A stretch of 64,000 nucleotides of DNA from an uncultured virus (IMG/VR IMGVR_UViG_3300008259_004339) (IMGVR_UViG_3300008259_004339:1-64000); one strand, 5' to 3'. Shown: positions 1 through 8,024, counted from the first letter of the stretch. Numbers and translations: made by a program. The notes: a model not told the origin generated them from the letters alone.

Positions 1-250
1 TCTTACGATCACCATTCGAAGATGTAACTATCTTATAAAATCGTTTACCAATTGAACGAATTAGTGTTGGGTTGATAAGTGTTTGAAATTGACTAAAATC
101 AAACTTATCGCCTGGTTGTGGTTCGTATACAGCATATTCAGCTGGGGTAATTTCTCTACTAGTACCATTCGATGAAGTAACAATAACTTTAGCTTCAGTT
201 TCAAAAAGTGTATCATCCAAATCGAAAATGCGTAATTTCTTTGTTTTCAT
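1..250 (-). CDS. HAD-superfamily hydrolase-like phage protein (runs off window start)
   Basis: Manual translation from ATG at 250: MKTKKLRIFDLDDTLFETEAKV..., with HAD motif I (FDLDDTL); ATGA overlap with the upstream gene's stop. Confidence 0.7.
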   Translation of the reverse strand, partial: MKTKKLRIFDLDDTLFETEAKVIVTSSNGTSREITPAEYAVYEPQPGDKFDFSQFQTLINPTLIRSIGKRFYKIVTSSNGDRK

Positions 251-1731
251 CCTCTTAATGCCTTTAATAGTTTCTTATATAACGATTCTTTCTTAACCAA
301 TTGATCCAATGGCACATTTCTATACTTTTGTCTTATTTGTGCAATAGGCATACCATATTGCTTTTCAGCTTGGGCTATCAAACTATATCTATCTTGTTTT
401 TCTTTTGACATGGCGTGTAGTTTGCGTTGAATAGATTTAGCAACCACATCTTTTACATTATCTGTATAGTTTTTTATACCAGCATTCAATAGATCGTTTA
501 GTATCTTGATTTCAATTTCCAAACTATCTACTTCTTTTTCTAAATTTTGTTTTTCCGTTGGAGTAAATGTAGCACCCGTTGAATGTAGTTTACCTCGTTT
601 TTCAACAAACTCTTGAGTCTTATCATCAACTACTTTCTCAATCGTCTCACCTTGAGTTCTTTTATCAAGTTCCAAAGCAGATGGCGGAAAACTAAAACTT
701 ACACCTACAGGCATAAGAGGAATATCAGACTGATTTATTTTAACAATAATAGTATTTCCATCAATAAATTTTATTTCACCATATGTGTCATAACCTTTGT
801 ATTTTACTTTATCACCCACTTTAAATTCTGTATTATTAATGACAACAGGTTCCAAAAACCAAGAAGAAAACGTTTTTTCAGAACCAACACTAACACCTTC
901 AACATCTGTATCCGTTATTCTTATAGTAATTTTATCTCCGGCAATAGATACAACCACTCCAGAAGTCTTCATTCCTCTAACTTTCACATTATCACCCACT
1001 TTGAAACTGACTGGATTACCTCCAGTTTGTAAGTTCCTAGAAGTAGTATCAGTAGTATTTGAAGTGGTAGTTCGTGAAGGTTTTTCCGATATTGATGGAC
1101 CATCGTTGTAAAAGTTATCATATGTATAAAAATTCATACTTGGTTCATACAAACATTCTTTGGGGTCATATCCATTGAACTCTATAACCTTATCATATTG
1201 ATCTTTATACTTAATTATTCTATCTCTTTTAGAATCCCAGAATGTTACAATAATACCTTTGCCACTTGGTATTGTAGTTTCAATCTTTAAATGAGAATCA
1301 TCAACCACATCTTTAGCATCATCTACCTCAAATATTCTACCCTTCAAAAGTGGATCAGCATAAATACCAAATCTACCTATACCTTTTAAAAGATTTTCTA
1401 TATCTAAATGACCTCCCCCACTATTACTGTTCTTTAAGTTAGTTATTGCTCTTTGTCCCCAATAATCAAGCTGATTATCAGAATTCATACTTGTATCCAA
1501 TTTGAGACTTGGCTGTTTGGATAGTTCGTCTACATCCTTTAAAACTTCGGGGTCATCACAATAAAATTCTTTTTTAACAAGACTATATCCAAATATAGCA
1601 TTTTTACCACTCTTTTCATCTTTATATACAAGAAAAGCACATTTGTTCGCTGGGCTACGATAACTATATGTCTTTTTCTTATAATATACAGTATCTGGAT
1701 TTTCTAACAGTAAGTCTCTAAATAGCTTCAT
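247..1731 (-). CDS. Hypothetical protein with two SH3/KOW-like repeats
   Basis: 494-aa ORF; repeats FKVGDNVKVRG...and FKVGDKVKYKG...; preceded by ATATTTATA motif. Confidence 0.7.
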   Translation of the reverse strand: MKLFRDLLLENPDTVYYKKKTYSYRSPANKCAFLVYKDEKSGKNAIFGYSLVKKEFYCDDPEVLKDVDELSKQPSLKLDTSMNSDNQLDYWGQRAITNLKNSNSGGGHLDIENLLKGIGRFGIYADPLLKGRIFEVDDAKDVVDDSHLKIETTIPSGKGIIVTFWDSKRDRIIKYKDQYDKVIEFNGYDPKECLYEPSMNFYTYDNFYNDGPSISEKPSRTTTSNTTDTTSRNLQTGGNPVSFKVGDNVKVRGMKTSGVVVSIAGDKITIRITDTDVEGVSVGSEKTFSSWFLEPVVINNTEFKVGDKVKYKGYDTYGEIKFIDGNTIIVKINQSDIPLMPVGVSFSFPPSALELDKRTQGETIEKVVDDKTQEFVEKRGKLHSTGATFTPTEKQNLEKEVDSLEIEIKILNDLLNAGIKNYTDNVKDVVAKSIQRKLHAMSKEKQDRYSLIAQAEKQYGMPIAQIRQKYRNVPLDQLVKKESLYKKLLKALRG

Positions 1732-1745
1732 AGTAGTTATAAATA

Positions 1746-1919
1746 TTAATCAAATCTACTCTTATGCTTACTTTTAAAGTGTTTTAACCGTTCCATTATC
1801 TCATCACGTTGTTTATCACTATAAAATGACCACTCTCGCAACTCTTCCCAAGTACGACCACATCCTTCACATAGTTTAGCATCCACAACCACACAGATTC
1901 TTTTACACGGAGTTTTCAT
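1746..1919 (-). CDS. DUF1289-family small Cys-rich (putative Fe-S) protein
   Basis: Manual translation MKTPCKRICVVVDAKLCEGCGRTWEELREW... (57 aa); pattern PC-x3-C...CxGCGRT-x2-E-x3-W. Confidence 0.75.
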   Translation of the reverse strand: MKTPCKRICVVVDAKLCEGCGRTWEELREWSFYSDKQRDEIMERLKHFKSKHKSRFD

Positions 1920-1934
1920 ATTATTTTATTACAC

Positions 1935-1961
1935 AAAAAAACCCGTCATTTACGACGGGTT
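1935..1961 (-). terminator. Rho-independent terminator
   Basis: AACCCGTC-ATTTAC-GACGGGTT hairpin followed by a U-run on the minus strand, just downstream of the ORF ending at 1969. Confidence 0.8.
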
Positions 1962-1968
1962 AAATAAT

Positions 1969-2727
1969 TTAAATGTTTTTTGCTTTTTCTATAATTTCTT
2001 TTAACTTTTTACTGGTCTTAGCATCCATTGCTGCTTTCTTCATTGGTTCTTTCTTATTACCATCTTTATCTAAATCTAAGAAATCAGGTTTTGCACCTTC
2101 TTCGTAACATTCATCACATTCCATTTCTCCCATCATCTTATCAATATCAGCTTCTTCTAATCTTCTGCCAACATATGGAGTAAGAATTTTCTTGATTTTA
2201 CCAAATAATTCAGCATCACCCTTGTCACCAGCAAATTTGTTCTTATCACCGTGTTTGTCAATTGTCTTGACAAATGACTTGGTAATCTTGCTTGGATCTT
2301 CTGCTTTTGGAGCTTCAGCAGCTTTCTTCACAGGTGCTTTAGGAGCTTTAGGAGCTTCTTTCTTTGGTTCTTCCTTAGCAGCACCTTTTTTCTTGGTTTC
2401 TGCCATTTCTTCTTCGTAGACTTCTTGAATTAGTTGTTTTAGATCTTCTTTTCTCAATCCATCATACCATTTTCTACCAGTCTCACTAAACCTATAATCC
2501 CATTTTAATGTATACCTACTCTGTAGTTCTTTAACCAACGCCGTAGCATACCCTCTACGACGATGTTCATATCGTATGTTTATGAATTCTATACACACAA
2601 TTTCATCATAACTATTATTTTTATAATATTTACAAAAACCCACCGAGTTTTTCTTGTTATTTAATATTTCACAGTTATACTCGTCTCGGTTATTATTGTA
2701 ACCCAAATATGTGTGAATAAACTCCAT
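1969..2727 (-). CDS. Apparent fusion of a GNAT acetyltransferase-like N-terminus and a Lys/Ala-rich virion-type protein
   Basis: N-terminal HRRRGYATALV (GNAT motif A); abrupt switch to RKEDLKQLIQEV, a K/A/P-rich linker and KPDFLDLDKDGNKKEPMKKAA; may be two genes joined by a deletion. Confidence 0.55.
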   Translation of the reverse strand: MEFIHTYLGYNNNRDEYNCEILNNKKNSVGFCKYYKNNSYDEIVCIEFINIRYEHRRRGYATALVKELQSRYTLKWDYRFSETGRKWYDGLRKEDLKQLIQEVYEEEMAETKKKGAAKEEPKKEAPKAPKAPVKKAAEAPKAEDPSKITKSFVKTIDKHGDKNKFAGDKGDAELFGKIKKILTPYVGRRLEEADIDKMMGEMECDECYEEGAKPDFLDLDKDGNKKEPMKKAAMDAKTSKKLKEIIEKAKNI

Positions 2728-2730
2728 ATA

Positions 2731-3423
2731 TTAACCGTGACATAACCACGCCTGTATGTTGAATCTCTTGTTTTCCCAAGCCAAATCCTTTGGAGCAGTA
2801 ATTTCACTACAAGCGTGAAACACTGTGGATGGAAAGATTGCTAACTGATTGCTTGTAAGTGGCAATCTGTATGTATGGTTTTTATACATAAAGTATTGTT
2901 CTCCACCCTTCATCACACTTGGATCTTTAACCAAAGTAAGTGCAAATGTAAATGCATTTTGTTTGTTTACATCTACACCATCCCAAGTCATTCCACTAAC
3001 TGACAAATCTCGGTGCCAGTTATAATAACCACCATCACCATAATTAATGATGTGGTACTTATACAAGTATCTGTACTTAGCATAAGCAGTGAGTTCTTCA
3101 TTTTTAGCGTGGGTTAAAAAATCTAATATACCCTGATGAAAGATATATTTGCTTAGATTTGATACATAATAACCCAAATCTTTGTTCTTTTCAGCTTGAT
3201 CATTGTTAAATGGAAGCCAAACATCTTGTCCAGTACACAATGGACTCAATGGTTCATCTGGATTATAAGCAGCACCATCATTGTAACCACCACTCCAATG
3301 TGGTACACCAAAATGTGGCTTTAACTTGACAAAATCTTCATACAATTTAGTAACATAATCTCGGGGAAGAAAATTATCAATTACTACAAGTGGAATGTGT
3401 TCGTGTTCTACAGGAATATACAT
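2731..3423 (-). CDS. 2OG-Fe(II) oxygenase
   Basis: VVIDNFL start, HRD motif, GGE, IFPSTVFH distal His, conserved R in KRFNIQAW. Confidence 0.85.
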   Translation of the reverse strand: MYIPVEHEHIPLVVIDNFLPRDYVTKLYEDFVKLKPHFGVPHWSGGYNDGAAYNPDEPLSPLCTGQDVWLPFNNDQAEKNKDLGYYVSNLSKYIFHQGILDFLTHAKNEELTAYAKYRYLYKYHIINYGDGGYYNWHRDLSVSGMTWDGVDVNKQNAFTFALTLVKDPSVMKGGEQYFMYKNHTYRLPLTSNQLAIFPSTVFHACSEITAPKDLAWENKRFNIQAWLCHG

Positions 3424-3437
3424 AACAATTTATTTTA

Positions 3438-4142
3438 TTAATTATACCAACCAGATACGCTTATTCTTTCTTTGTTTGAGTTATTAACAACCTGTGTTAC
3501 ACAATGTGGTGCTACTCCAGCTGTTACTTCAAAAATTACCAATTTATTAAAAGATGGATTGATCGCTCTGATATTGTTTTTGTCTCTCAAATCAAAATAT
3601 AACCCACCAAAATCAGGATTCCAATCTTTGGTCAAATGACACACAAATGCCAATTTACCGTTAACATCATCTGTATGATTGCTCAAAAAGCAGTTTTCAG
3701 CATAACGACTCACAAAGGTTTTGTCTCCCATCGTAATTTCCAAATCAGTTACACTATTAATAAACTCAATCATTTCTTTACCGTTAAAGAAAGCCATTGT
3801 TTCTTCATAAACAACGGATTTAGCCTTTTCCATAACACCTGGCATAGTTTTATAGAAAAAATAACTGAATAAATTGTTATCTCTAGCGTTACAAGCGTGT
3901 TGATAAGCTTGTTCCATAACATATCTATTACCCGGAATATTTTGCCACCACTCCCAATCACCTTCATATCTAAGTGACGGCATATATGTAGCAGACCAAT
4001 ATTCTTTGTTCATTTCGGTTGTATAGTACTTATACAACTTTTCAGCATATTCTTCTGTCAAAAAGTTATCTATTACAACTCGTCTGTTTTTAACAAACTC
4101 TTCTTTATAAGCAGAAACATTGATATTCTTTATATTAATCAT
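3438..4142 (-). CDS. 2OG-Fe(II) oxygenase (prolyl-hydroxylase-like)
   Basis: VVIDNFL, HTD motif, LTKDWNPDFGG, FNKLVIF, PHCV, ERISVSGWY. Confidence 0.88.
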   Translation of the reverse strand: MINIKNINVSAYKEEFVKNRRVVIDNFLTEEYAEKLYKYYTTEMNKEYWSATYMPSLRYEGDWEWWQNIPGNRYVMEQAYQHACNARDNNLFSYFFYKTMPGVMEKAKSVVYEETMAFFNGKEMIEFINSVTDLEITMGDKTFVSRYAENCFLSNHTDDVNGKLAFVCHLTKDWNPDFGGLYFDLRDKNNIRAINPSFNKLVIFEVTAGVAPHCVTQVVNNSNKERISVSGWYN

Positions 4143-4145
4143 ATA

Positions 4146-4376
4146 TTAACCGTTTAAAACGTTTTTAACGCAACCCTTTGATAGATGCAGAATTTCATCC
4201 AATGTTTCTTTTACACGAATACCAGCACCATTATGCGCTGTAATAATCGCTGTGTGTTTACCACTTACACTGGGTTCCATACTAATGGCCCTATCCAAAT
4301 TAAATAGAATAGGAACATAAGTGCGTGTATTATCGTGATTGAGATCCAACTGATTTAGTTTAATTAAATGTGCCAT
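4146..4376 (-). CDS. FlbD-like small protein
   Basis: LIKL...ILFNLDRAISME...VKETLDEIL resembles the FlbD family pattern. Confidence 0.55.
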   Translation of the reverse strand: MAHLIKLNQLDLNHDNTRTYVPILFNLDRAISMEPSVSGKHTAIITAHNGAGIRVKETLDEILHLSKGCVKNVLNG

Positions 4377-4447
4377 ATTATCTACTATAATATATCAAAT
4401 ATTTGTGGCGGTCAAGTAAAATATGAAAATATAATAACTACTTATAG

Positions 4448-4846
4448 TTGATGTCAGTTACTAATACATTTGCGTCAGTTTGTGATACGTGGAGTTCATA
4501 TTGTTTCACTTGGGGAGACTGTATAGCAGGTGCTTTAGAAGCAACACAAGGAGGAGCACGCAATCCACAAGAATGGGGTGATCATCCTTTTGACAATTAT
4601 GAAGACCAACAAAAAGCACTGTTGGATTATCAAATAAAAAATCCTGTTAAAAGAGCTAGATTAGTTGATATACTATTGCAGTGTCAAAATAAAAAATATA
4701 AGAAAACTATTGAAATACCCGACAAAAAGATATTTATAAAAGTAAATGACGTTAACTTCATTCTTAATACATTAAATGAGGTAGGAGTTGACATTAAAAA
4801 TATAAGAAAGTACAAAGACGATGAGCTACAAAATTTACTTGGATAA
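4448..4846 (+). CDS. Hypothetical protein
   Basis: 132-aa ORF, first of a plus-strand trio; TACTTATA upstream. Confidence 0.65.
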   Translation: MMSVTNTFASVCDTWSSYCFTWGDCIAGALEATQGGARNPQEWGDHPFDNYEDQQKALLDYQIKNPVKRARLVDILLQCQNKKYKKTIEIPDKKIFIKVNDVNFILNTLNEVGVDIKNIRKYKDDELQNLLG

Positions 4847-5333
4847 AGAAGAAACATTTGAATGTGAAGCTAGTATTAAAAATGCTTCTTACAAAAATAG
4901 CTCAGCTCGATTGATCATTGAAAGTGAAGATGTTAACTTAGTATTCTTTGGCAGCGTAGATAAAAATACTATCACTGTACCCATCAAGAGTCTCAAAAAG
5001 TACTTTACTGAAAGTGATACTGCCAAGATTAAATTGGAAGTCATTGTAGAAAATCAATTGGTTACCCCGTGGGAAAGTGAAGTACAATTTGATAATTATA
5101 ATAAGGTGGAAATCAAAGAAATCAAAAATATCAAACAATCACCACTTGTAGAAATTAAACTCAAAGAAGAACAAAAAGAAGTTGTTGTAGAAAAATCACA
5201 ATCAGTAGAAAATGCAAAACAAAATCTATTGAGAAATCTTAATGAGGAAATCAAAAAGATAAAATCAAACGGTAAATTAAATAAAGAGGCAAAAAAAGAA
5301 TTAATTAAAAATCTACTACAAAAAGATTTATAA
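4821..5333 (+). CDS. Hypothetical protein
   Basis: 170-aa ORF overlapping the previous gene. Confidence 0.7.
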   Translation: MSYKIYLDKEETFECEASIKNASYKNSSARLIIESEDVNLVFFGSVDKNTITVPIKSLKKYFTESDTAKIKLEVIVENQLVTPWESEVQFDNYNKVEIKEIKNIKQSPLVEIKLKEEQKEVVVEKSQSVENAKQNLLRNLNEEIKKIKSNGKLNKEAKKELIKNLLQKDL

Positions 5334-5348
5334 TTAATATAATATGAT

Positions 5349-6962
5349 ATGCCTCAGTTTCCATCTCAAAATCTAAATACACAAAAAATTTGTGAGTCAT
5401 ATCCCAGATTACTCCAAATCTACAGTAGTAGCTTAGTCCTCAATGGCACAGGCAGCCAAATTCAACTTTTAAATGTAACATCAAGCAATTCTTTAAGCGC
5501 TAGTTACGCACCTTGTAGTTGCCCCATAATGCAAACTGGTAGCACCTACCCAATCACATCCAGTTGGGCACTTTATACAGTCACAGCAAGCTATATACAA
5601 ATAACAAATGTAAGCTATCCTGTTAAAAAAATATTTAATAACTATACAATATCATATACTACCGATTATACAATCTTATGCGATGCTACAAGTGGATCAT
5701 TTGATGTCAAATTACCAAATCCAGTGGGTAATACTAACATCTATAATATAAAGAAAATAGATACTAGTGGACACCGCGTTAATGTCACAGTCTCAAACGC
5801 TTCATTTATAGACTACGATCTAACTCAAAGTATCTCTCATAAAGGAACAAATATGGTAGTTTTTGATATCAAAACAGTAGGAAGTGCTACTGTAACTTGG
5901 AATAGTGGTAGTGCTCAAAGCACATTTAGAGTTACACAAACAAGTGGTAGTAGAGCTATAAAACAAACCAAACGAATATTTGTTTATCAACCGGGTAAAA
6001 GTCAGCAAGTCATTTGCACAAGTAAATTTGGTACGGGAGTAGACGGTATAAAAAAGAGCATAGGTAGCTTTGATGATGATGATGGATACTTCTTTCAGAG
6101 TAGTGGCAGTAGCTTTGGCATTGTACTTAGAAAAACTATTAATAAGATCAAAACTGATACTTTTGTCAGTCAAAGTAGTTGGAACCTAGATAAAATGAAT
6201 GGATCAGGTCCAAGCGGTAACATATTAGATACCAATAAAGCACAAATTTATACAATAGATTATGAATGGTTAGGCGTGGGTAGAGTAAGATATGGCGTGG
6301 TACAAAAAGGTATAGTAATTTATGTACACGAAATAAATAACTACAATAGTTTAGAAACAGTGTATCTACGTAATCCCAATTTGCCTATTAGATTCGAAAT
6401 AACTACCCACAAAAATACTACAACTGGCAGCTTACTGACACAAATATGTAGTACAGTCATAAGCGAAGGCGGTTTTCAAAACACCGGAAAAAGAGTAGTA
6501 GCAGCAAATTATGCAGGAGCTGCAATTGCTTCAGCAGAATACGATGGCGTATTATTTTTAAGATACAATAGCATCTCTTCAAAATGCGCTCAAATAATAC
6601 CAGAACAATTGGATTTTTTAGCAGAACCAGGCAATAATAGTCCTTTTAGTGGTAGATGGGATTTGCTAGTTAATCCAACTGTTACAGACCCTTTAACTTG
6701 GCTCAATGTCACAGGATCAGTAGTCACACAAATAGCCACAACCAATACAGGTAATGTCATTATAAATCCTGGTACAGTCATAGCAACAGGATACTTTTCC
6801 GGCACAGGCGGAGCAGGCGTTGGTGATAAAGTAGCACTGGATCCATATTATGGGTTGGGTAGAAAAATAGATAATACAAGCGACATATTAGCCATTGGTA
6901 TAAAAACCTATAATAATACTTACACAATATACCCAGCACTCGTTATAAGAGAACTAACTTAA
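5349..6962 (+). CDS. Putative virion structural / tail-associated protein (possibly two fused genes)
   Basis: S/T/G-rich beta character, SASYA/TSSWA/TASY motifs, DYTILCDATSG...LP...IKKID module; abrupt change near 5860. Confidence 0.6.
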   Translation: MPQFPSQNLNTQKICESYPRLLQIYSSSLVLNGTGSQIQLLNVTSSNSLSASYAPCSCPIMQTGSTYPITSSWALYTVTASYIQITNVSYPVKKIFNNYTISYTTDYTILCDATSGSFDVKLPNPVGNTNIYNIKKIDTSGHRVNVTVSNASFIDYDLTQSISHKGTNMVVFDIKTVGSATVTWNSGSAQSTFRVTQTSGSRAIKQTKRIFVYQPGKSQQVICTSKFGTGVDGIKKSIGSFDDDDGYFFQSSGSSFGIVLRKTINKIKTDTFVSQSSWNLDKMNGSGPSGNILDTNKAQIYTIDYEWLGVGRVRYGVVQKGIVIYVHEINNYNSLETVYLRNPNLPIRFEITTHKNTTTGSLLTQICSTVISEGGFQNTGKRVVAANYAGAAIASAEYDGVLFLRYNSISSKCAQIIPEQLDFLAEPGNNSPFSGRWDLLVNPTVTDPLTWLNVTGSVVTQIATTNTGNVIINPGTVIATGYFSGTGGAGVGDKVALDPYYGLGRKIDNTSDILAIGIKTYNNTYTIYPALVIRELT

Positions 6963-6965
6963 ATT

Positions 6966-7041
6966 TGGTGGGTCAAACCGGACTTGAACCGATAACCAAA
7001 GAATTATGAGTTCTACGCTCTAACCATTGAGCTATTGACCC
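6966..7041 (-). tRNA. tRNA with CAT anticodon, Ile2-type (lysidine) more likely than Met
   Basis: GGGTCAATAGCTCAATGGTTAGAGCGTAGAACT-CAT-AATTCTTTGGTTATCGGTTCAAGTCCGGTTTGACCCACCA; canonical cloverleaf resembling bacterial tRNA-Ile2. Confidence 0.9.
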
Positions 7042-7064
7042 GTAAATACTTTTACTTTAAAAAA

Positions 7065-7157
7065 TGGTGGCTCCGTAGGGAATTGAACCCTATCAGCACC
7101 CAAATCTAGGGATTATACAGATTATAAGTCTGCCCATGCACCATACATCACAGAGCC
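7065..7157 (-). tRNA. tRNA with TAT anticodon (Ile) and long variable arm
   Basis: GGCTCTG/CGGAGCC acceptor, GCAGA-CT-TAT-AA-TCTGT anticodon arm, 24-nt variable region, TAGGG-TTCAATT-CCCTA T arm, ACCA end. Confidence 0.85.
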
Positions 7158-7170
7158 ATTTTAAAAAAAC

Positions 7171-7243
7171 TGGAGCGGGTCCGAACTTTGCATTTCGCCT
7201 TCTGATCTGGTAGACCAGCGTGCCCTCTTTACACTTGACCCGC
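7171..7243 (-). tRNA. tRNA-Gly(ACC), atypical T arm
   Basis: GCGGGTC/GACCCGC acceptor with U73 (Gly identity), CTGGT-CT-ACC-AG-ATCAG anticodon arm, T loop TGCAAA, TCCA end. Confidence 0.75.
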
Positions 7244-7253
7244 ATTTAAATTC

Positions 7254-7540
7254 AAATAGGAAGGACTAATGATTACCTCCAAGTTTCACAATATGCACCG
7301 TTATTCATCCACAATCCATAAAGTTAATTACTCTCTATGTTAACGATTGATGGGATTGGTTTCCCACAACGACCTACGATATATCATTTATTTTAGCTAC
7401 GATGTCGTTACGCTTGAATTATAGGTTGTACGACCCACAATCCGCCATAGACTTACACTGCACATTATTACTCCAACCAATAATGATTCTTCACCACTAT
7501 TGTGCGTTACCCCTATACAAAGGTTGTTCCGCCACTATCT
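7254..7540 (-). ncRNA. Candidate ~287-nt highly structured ncRNA
   Basis: ORF-free spacer between tRNAs; closing stem AGATAG/CTATTT, nested helices CACAATA/TATTGTG and GGATTGTGGGT/ACCTATAATTC, several hairpins; boxA motif directly upstream. Confidence 0.65.
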
Positions 7541-7541
7541 T

Positions 7542-7557
7542 AAATTGTTAAAGAACT
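7542..7557 (-). promoter_or_regulatory. rrn-type boxA antitermination motif
   Basis: AGTTCTTTAACAATTT versus E. coli rrn boxA TGCTCTTTAACAATTT; recurs before several RNA genes. Confidence 0.65.
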
Positions 7558-7566
7558 ATCAAAAAA

Positions 7567-7642
7567 TGGTGCCTATGACTGGATTCGAACCAGTACTACC
7601 GAAATTTTAAGTTTCGTGACTCTGCCGTTGGTCTACATAGGC
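7567..7642 (-). tRNA. tRNA-Leu(TAA) with short variable loop
   Basis: GCCTATG/CATAGGC acceptor, CGAAA-CT-TAA-AA-TTTCG, 5-nt variable loop, TTCGAAT T loop, ACCA end. Confidence 0.9.
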
Positions 7643-7644
7643 AT

Positions 7645-7660
7645 AAATTGTTTAAAGAAC
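7645..7660 (-). promoter_or_regulatory. boxA-like motif
   Basis: GTTCTTTAAACAATTT between the promoter at 7680-7707 and tRNA-Leu(TAA). Confidence 0.6.
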
Positions 7661-7679
7661 CATCACTTACTACTCTTTT

Positions 7680-7707
7680 ATCTTACCACATCATCTTCTG
7701 ATGTCAA
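7680..7707 (-). promoter_or_regulatory. Sigma70-type promoter
   Basis: TTGACA-N16-TAAGAT with GTGG immediately before the -10. Confidence 0.75.
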
Positions 7708-7723
7708 CTGCTTTTTCAAAAAA

Positions 7724-7800
7724 TGGTAGCTAGGGTCAGATTCGAACTGACACTGTACACTTTTTGAGAGTGCTGCCTCCTGCCTTTGGGCTACCTAGCC
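7724..7800 (-). tRNA. tRNA-Leu(CAA) with short variable loop
   Basis: GGCTAGG/CCTAGCT acceptor, GCACT-CT-CAA-AA-AGTGT, 5-nt variable loop, GTCAG-TTCGAAT-CTGAC, ACCA end. Confidence 0.9.
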
Positions 7801-7809
7801 ATTTAAAAT

Positions 7810-7918
7810 TGTTCTTCCAATGGATTTGCACCATCATTTACGATATGGAAGAGTTACCGTTAGACTTTCACGAATAGTAGAGTCATTATTAATGTTTCTC
7901 TACGCACGATATAGTTCC
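7810..7918 (-). ncRNA. Candidate small RNA ending in a tRNA-like minihelix
   Basis: GTAGAG/CTCTAC hairpin, then TCTTCCA/TGGAAGA acceptor-like stem enclosing ATGG-TGCAAAT-CCAT T-arm-like hairpin, ending ACAA. Confidence 0.45.
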
Positions 7919-7924
7919 TAAATT

Positions 7925-8018
7925 TGGTGGTTCCGCCCGGATTCGAACCGAGACCGTGCTCAAATCTAGAGCTTATCAACGTTATAAGCGTTGCGTTCTA
8001 CCGTTAAACTACGGAACC
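7925..8018 (-). tRNA. tRNA with TAT anticodon (Ile) and long variable arm, second copy
   Basis: GGTTCCG/CGGAACC acceptor, CAACG-CT-TAT-AA-CGTTG, 24-nt variable region with GCTC-TAGATTT-GAGC hairpin, TTCGAAT T loop, ACCA end. Confidence 0.88.
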
Positions 8019-8024
8019 ACTAAA

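Noticed and set aside
613..1111. Antisense ORFs (and the many similar 60-140 aa shadow ORFs across the window)
   Set aside because: They overlap well-supported genes on the opposite strand or frame and show no motifs
1969..2727. Novel GNAT-histone-like fusion protein
   Set aside because: The junction looks like a deletion joining two genes; not credible without read support
7254..7540. tmRNA or RNase P RNA
   Set aside because: No tRNA-Ala-like ends with CCA or tag ORF, and no GAGGAAAGUCC-type P4 signature visible
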